Assembly (NCBI GenBank): GCA_001001705.1
Contig: LCOG01000002.1
Location: 20,056-84,055 of the forward strand
Direction: 5' to 3'
DNA: 64,000 nucleotides
Origin: Parcubacteria group bacterium GW2011_GWA2_47_26
Lineage (GTDB): Bacteria; Patescibacteriota; Patescibacteriia; GWA2-47-26
The notes under the pieces are model-generated. The model made no database searches. It worked only from the letters and a program-made list of their open reading frames with translations, and was not told the origin of the DNA. Shown piece after piece: positions 60,771-64,000 of this stretch; the stretch's first letter is position 1; every line of letters begins with the position of its first letter. The translations under genes and the position numbers were made by a program.

Positions 60771-62707
60771 CAAAAGTACGTTCATCTCGGCGAAAATTAT
60801 TCTACGCCGTTATCGTATTTACGGTTTTAACTCTGTCCGTGTTAGCGGTTTTTTCTTACAGTTCGCTAAATAGCGCGCGAATAAATGTTCTCGCCGCAAA
60901 GAATGCCGCTCTGTCTGCCAAAGATGCCTTGCTTACAGAACGCGATCCCCGCGCTGCACAAAACTTTTTAAATGAGTCAAAAAAATATTTTGATGAAGCC
61001 GCGTTTAAGATACAGCGCGTGCGTTTTCTCAAATTTGTTCCATGGGTTGGTGCGCAATGGAAAGCCGTGGATGCTGGCCTGCGCGCCGCCTCAATAGCCT
61101 CGGGCGCTCTTTCCAAGGCCGCGGCTCTCGGGGCAGATATTTTAGGGCCATTGGCTCGCTTGGAAAATGTGCAGATCGGCGAGATTCCAATTGCGGAGCG
61201 CCAGCGAATTTTGAAAAATATGTTTGAAAGCGCGCCGCAGATGACTGGCATTAAAGCCGAGATTGAACTTTCCCGATATCTCATTGATTCTGCGCTGCGG
61301 CCCGGGGTTTTGCCAGTAGTCCGCGAAAATTTGGATTTACTGCGCGGCAACCTGAATACAGTGCAAACGGTTTTAGAAGACAGCGCTGCGCTTGTCCATT
61401 TCGCGCCGCTCTTTCTCGGTTATGCCAGTCCAAAAACTTATCTTTTTGTGCTTGAAAATAGCGACGAGCTTCGGCCAACAGGCGGTTTTATCGGAACCTA
61501 TGGCCTGCTCACTCTTGAAGCAGGGCATATTGCCAATTTTTTTACTGATGATGTTTACAACCTAGATCGTTTTGCGCCGGGAGCAAAACGTCCGCCGTCC
61601 CCGCCGGAATTGCAGCAATATTTGCAGCAGCCGCGTTTTTATTTGCGCGATGCCAATTGGGCGCCGGATTTTCGCGAATCAGCAAAAACAATTTTGCAAT
61701 TTTATAAAGATGAGGCGATGTATGTTAGGAACCCTCCGTCCTCCGTCCTCCGTCCTTCGTCATCCGAACTTGACGGTGTCATTGCCGTCATGCCCTCGGC
61801 TATTAAGCCGTTATTTGAATTAACAGGACCTATTACTGTAGAAGGCCAAACCTTTACCGCTCAAAATTTAACCGAGGCCCTGGAATTTGAAGTGGAGATT
61901 GGTTTTCAGGAGCGCGCTATCCCGCGGCCGCAACGCAAAGCTATAATTGCCGAGCTTACCCGCGCTTTGATTGCTAAGATTTTTGCTCTCCCATGCTCAA
62001 AGTGGCCGCAAGTCCTGCATATCTTGCGCATGGCCTTGGACGAAAAACACATTTTGCTTTATGCTAATGACCCTGTAGCCCATGGAATTATTGAGGAAGA
62101 AAATTGGGCCGGCAGTATAAGCGCGGCAGGCGGAGACTATTTGGCGATTTTTGACGCCAACATGTTTGCCCTGAAAACCGATCCTTACATTGAGCGCGCG
62201 ATTTTCTACAATGTTAGTAAAGAAAATGACGCGTTTATTGGAAACGCGGAAATAGTTTATAGTTATCCAAAAGCCGGGCCGGCTTGGAAGACCAAAGGTT
62301 ATCGAACATACACCCGCGTTTATGTGCCGCAGGGCAGTGTGCTTTTGGAATCCTCGGGCGCCATGAAAGAAGAAGGCTCGCGAGAGTCCGGTCAAGTAAA
62401 AATAGGACAGGAATACGATAAAACCGTCTTCGGCGCATTTCTGGCGGTACAAGTTGGCGAAGTTAAACGGTTGAGATTTAAATACCGCTTGCCCGATAGT
62501 GTGGCCGAGATAATTAATGCGGGCGCTTATTCCTTGCAAGTTCAAAAACAGCCCGGGACGCTCGGACACACTTTGACAACGGTAGTTGATACTGATAAGA
62601 TACCCCAGTCCTGGAGTCCGACTGGCCTTAACGTTAGTCGTGATGGCTCACGGTTGAATTGGCAGACCAGTTTGCGGAAGGATCAAGAGTTTAGAATTCA
62701 GCTCTAA
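60767..62707 (+). CDS. DUF4012-like protein
   Basis: YLFVLENSDELRPTGGFIGTY, RDANWAPDF, YTRVYVPQGS, QKQPG. Confidence 0.82.
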   Translation: MTKVRSSRRKLFYAVIVFTVLTLSVLAVFSYSSLNSARINVLAAKNAALSAKDALLTERDPRAAQNFLNESKKYFDEAAFKIQRVRFLKFVPWVGAQWKAVDAGLRAASIASGALSKAAALGADILGPLARLENVQIGEIPIAERQRILKNMFESAPQMTGIKAEIELSRYLIDSALRPGVLPVVRENLDLLRGNLNTVQTVLEDSAALVHFAPLFLGYASPKTYLFVLENSDELRPTGGFIGTYGLLTLEAGHIANFFTDDVYNLDRFAPGAKRPPSPPELQQYLQQPRFYLRDANWAPDFRESAKTILQFYKDEAMYVRNPPSSVLRPSSSELDGVIAVMPSAIKPLFELTGPITVEGQTFTAQNLTEALEFEVEIGFQERAIPRPQRKAIIAELTRALIAKIFALPCSKWPQVLHILRMALDEKHILLYANDPVAHGIIEEENWAGSISAAGGDYLAIFDANMFALKTDPYIERAIFYNVSKENDAFIGNAEIVYSYPKAGPAWKTKGYRTYTRVYVPQGSVLLESSGAMKEEGSRESGQVKIGQEYDKTVFGAFLAVQVGEVKRLRFKYRLPDSVAEIINAGAYSLQVQKQPGTLGHTLTTVVDTDKIPQSWSPTGLNVSRDGSRLNWQTSLRKDQEFRIQL

Positions 62708-62796
62708 GCAGATTAAGTACTAAGCAGAGTAAGCAATTGTTGATTGCCTAATCTGCTTACTCTGCCTAATCTGCTTACTCTGCCTAATCTGCTATG
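62706..62796. repeat. GCAGATTAA / CTAATCTGC microrepeat palindrome ending in the mreB ATG
   Basis: taagcagattaag...(ctgcctaatctgcttact)n...gctATG; similar tract at about 50793-50850. Confidence 0.8.
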
Positions 62797-63801
62797 TTTA
62801 TCAAAAAAATCGGCATTGATCTAGGCACGACAAATGTGCGTGTTTATGTTCCAAAAAAGGGGATTATTATCAATGAGCCCTCGGTTGTAGCCATCTCTAC
62901 CCTGGACAAGAAAATTTTAGCTGTAGGAAGGGACGCCAAAGAAATGTTGGGACGCACCCCCGATACGATTGTCGCTTCTCGGCCAATGAAAGACGGAGTC
63001 ATTGCGGATTACAAAACAACCGAGGCCATGCTCCGTTATTTCATCAACAAAGCTTTGGGTGGCGTTAAACTATTTCGCCCCGAAGTCATGGTCGCGGTTC
63101 CCGGCGGCATAACTTCAACCGAACGCCGTGCCGTTATTGACGCAACAATTGCGGCTGGCGCCAAAGCCGCCTACATTATTAAAGAGCCGATTGTCGCCGC
63201 GATTGGGGCGGATATTCCAATTGGCAGTCCTTCTGGTTATATGATTATTGAAATTGGCGGCGGAACCATGGAAGCCGCGGTGCTTTCCTTGGGTGGAATT
63301 GTCTCGTCGGCCTCGGTGCGCGTGGGCGGCAATCGTTTGGATGCGGCCATTGCTGAACATGTGCGGCGAAGGTACAATGTTGCGGTAGGTGAGCGCACGG
63401 CCGAGGATATAAAAATACAAATCGGTTCCGCGCTTTATTTAAATGATCAGCTTTCCATGGAAGTCACAGGTAGGGATATGATTCAAGGTTTGCCCAAGAG
63501 GATTACGGTTACCTCGCACGATGTTACTGAAGCCATTGGCAACGCGCTGGAGCAAATGGTTACAACCATTAAAGAAGTTTTGCACGAAACTCCGCCCGAA
63601 CTTTCCGCGGATGTCATGGAAAAAGGCATGGTCGTCTCCGGCGGAACATCCCAACTGCGCAATTTAGCCGAATTATTTTCCGAAGCAACCGGCGTTCCGG
63701 CTATGGTCGCGGAAGAACCCGCGCTATGCGTAGCAAAAGGCACCGGCGTTGCGCTTGAAAACCTGGAGTCCTACAAACGCAGCATCCTCGCCTCGCGGTA
63801 A
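62794..63801 (+). CDS. mreB: Rod shape-determining protein MreB/Mbl
   Basis: GIDLGT, EPSVVA, RPMKDGVIAD, IGGGT, TPPELSAD, CVAKGTG. Confidence 0.96.
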   Translation: MFIKKIGIDLGTTNVRVYVPKKGIIINEPSVVAISTLDKKILAVGRDAKEMLGRTPDTIVASRPMKDGVIADYKTTEAMLRYFINKALGGVKLFRPEVMVAVPGGITSTERRAVIDATIAAGAKAAYIIKEPIVAAIGADIPIGSPSGYMIIEIGGGTMEAAVLSLGGIVSSASVRVGGNRLDAAIAEHVRRRYNVAVGERTAEDIKIQIGSALYLNDQLSMEVTGRDMIQGLPKRITVTSHDVTEAIGNALEQMVTTIKEVLHETPPELSADVMEKGMVVSGGTSQLRNLAELFSEATGVPAMVAEEPALCVAKGTGVALENLESYKRSILASR

Positions 63802-64000
63802 AACTAAAAGACAGTGCAATTTTCCGTTGTGGATACGTGCCGTGTCAACTCATATTAGGATGACACCGTAGCGCCCCTCGGTTGGGTCATCAAAAAAGAC
63901 ACCGTAGCGGGCATTAATTTTTTCAATGGTTTAAGCTTTGGTTCGACCTTTTGTGCTGACGTTTGTTTGGCTTGATATGCCTTGTACAGAAGATTCAATG

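Overview
A 64 kb stretch of a bacterial chromosome, almost all housekeeping genes. The gene set points to a Patescibacteria/CPR organism (inference, not a database result). In order it carries a type IV pilus operon (PilB, receiver protein, PilC, pilins, PilD), ligA-dnaG-rpoD, tRNA-Asn, a UvrD/PcrA helicase, ArsR-iscS-iscU-ahpC-prmC, a VirB6/PrgI/VirB4-like cluster next to comF, two tRNA-Ser genes, recG, htpX/lemA, a phosphomannomutase, murI, rseP, pheST, rplJL, a one-module Clp ATPase, a GT2 glycosyltransferase, a DUF4012-like protein and mreB. The outstanding feature is at least six families (called A-F here) of 35-200 bp palindromic DNA elements plus 7-9 bp microrepeats. More than 20 copies are inserted in frame inside conserved genes (pilD, ligA, dnaG, uvrD, iscS, prmC, recG, dsbA, murI, rseP, pheS, pheT), each adding a recognisable peptide. 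Family C ends supply the ATG of four genes, family F sits only in pilin-type leader peptides, and some elements nest inside others. No transposase or CRISPR array is visible. Product calls come from motif recognition by eye, and element boundaries are accurate to a few bases.
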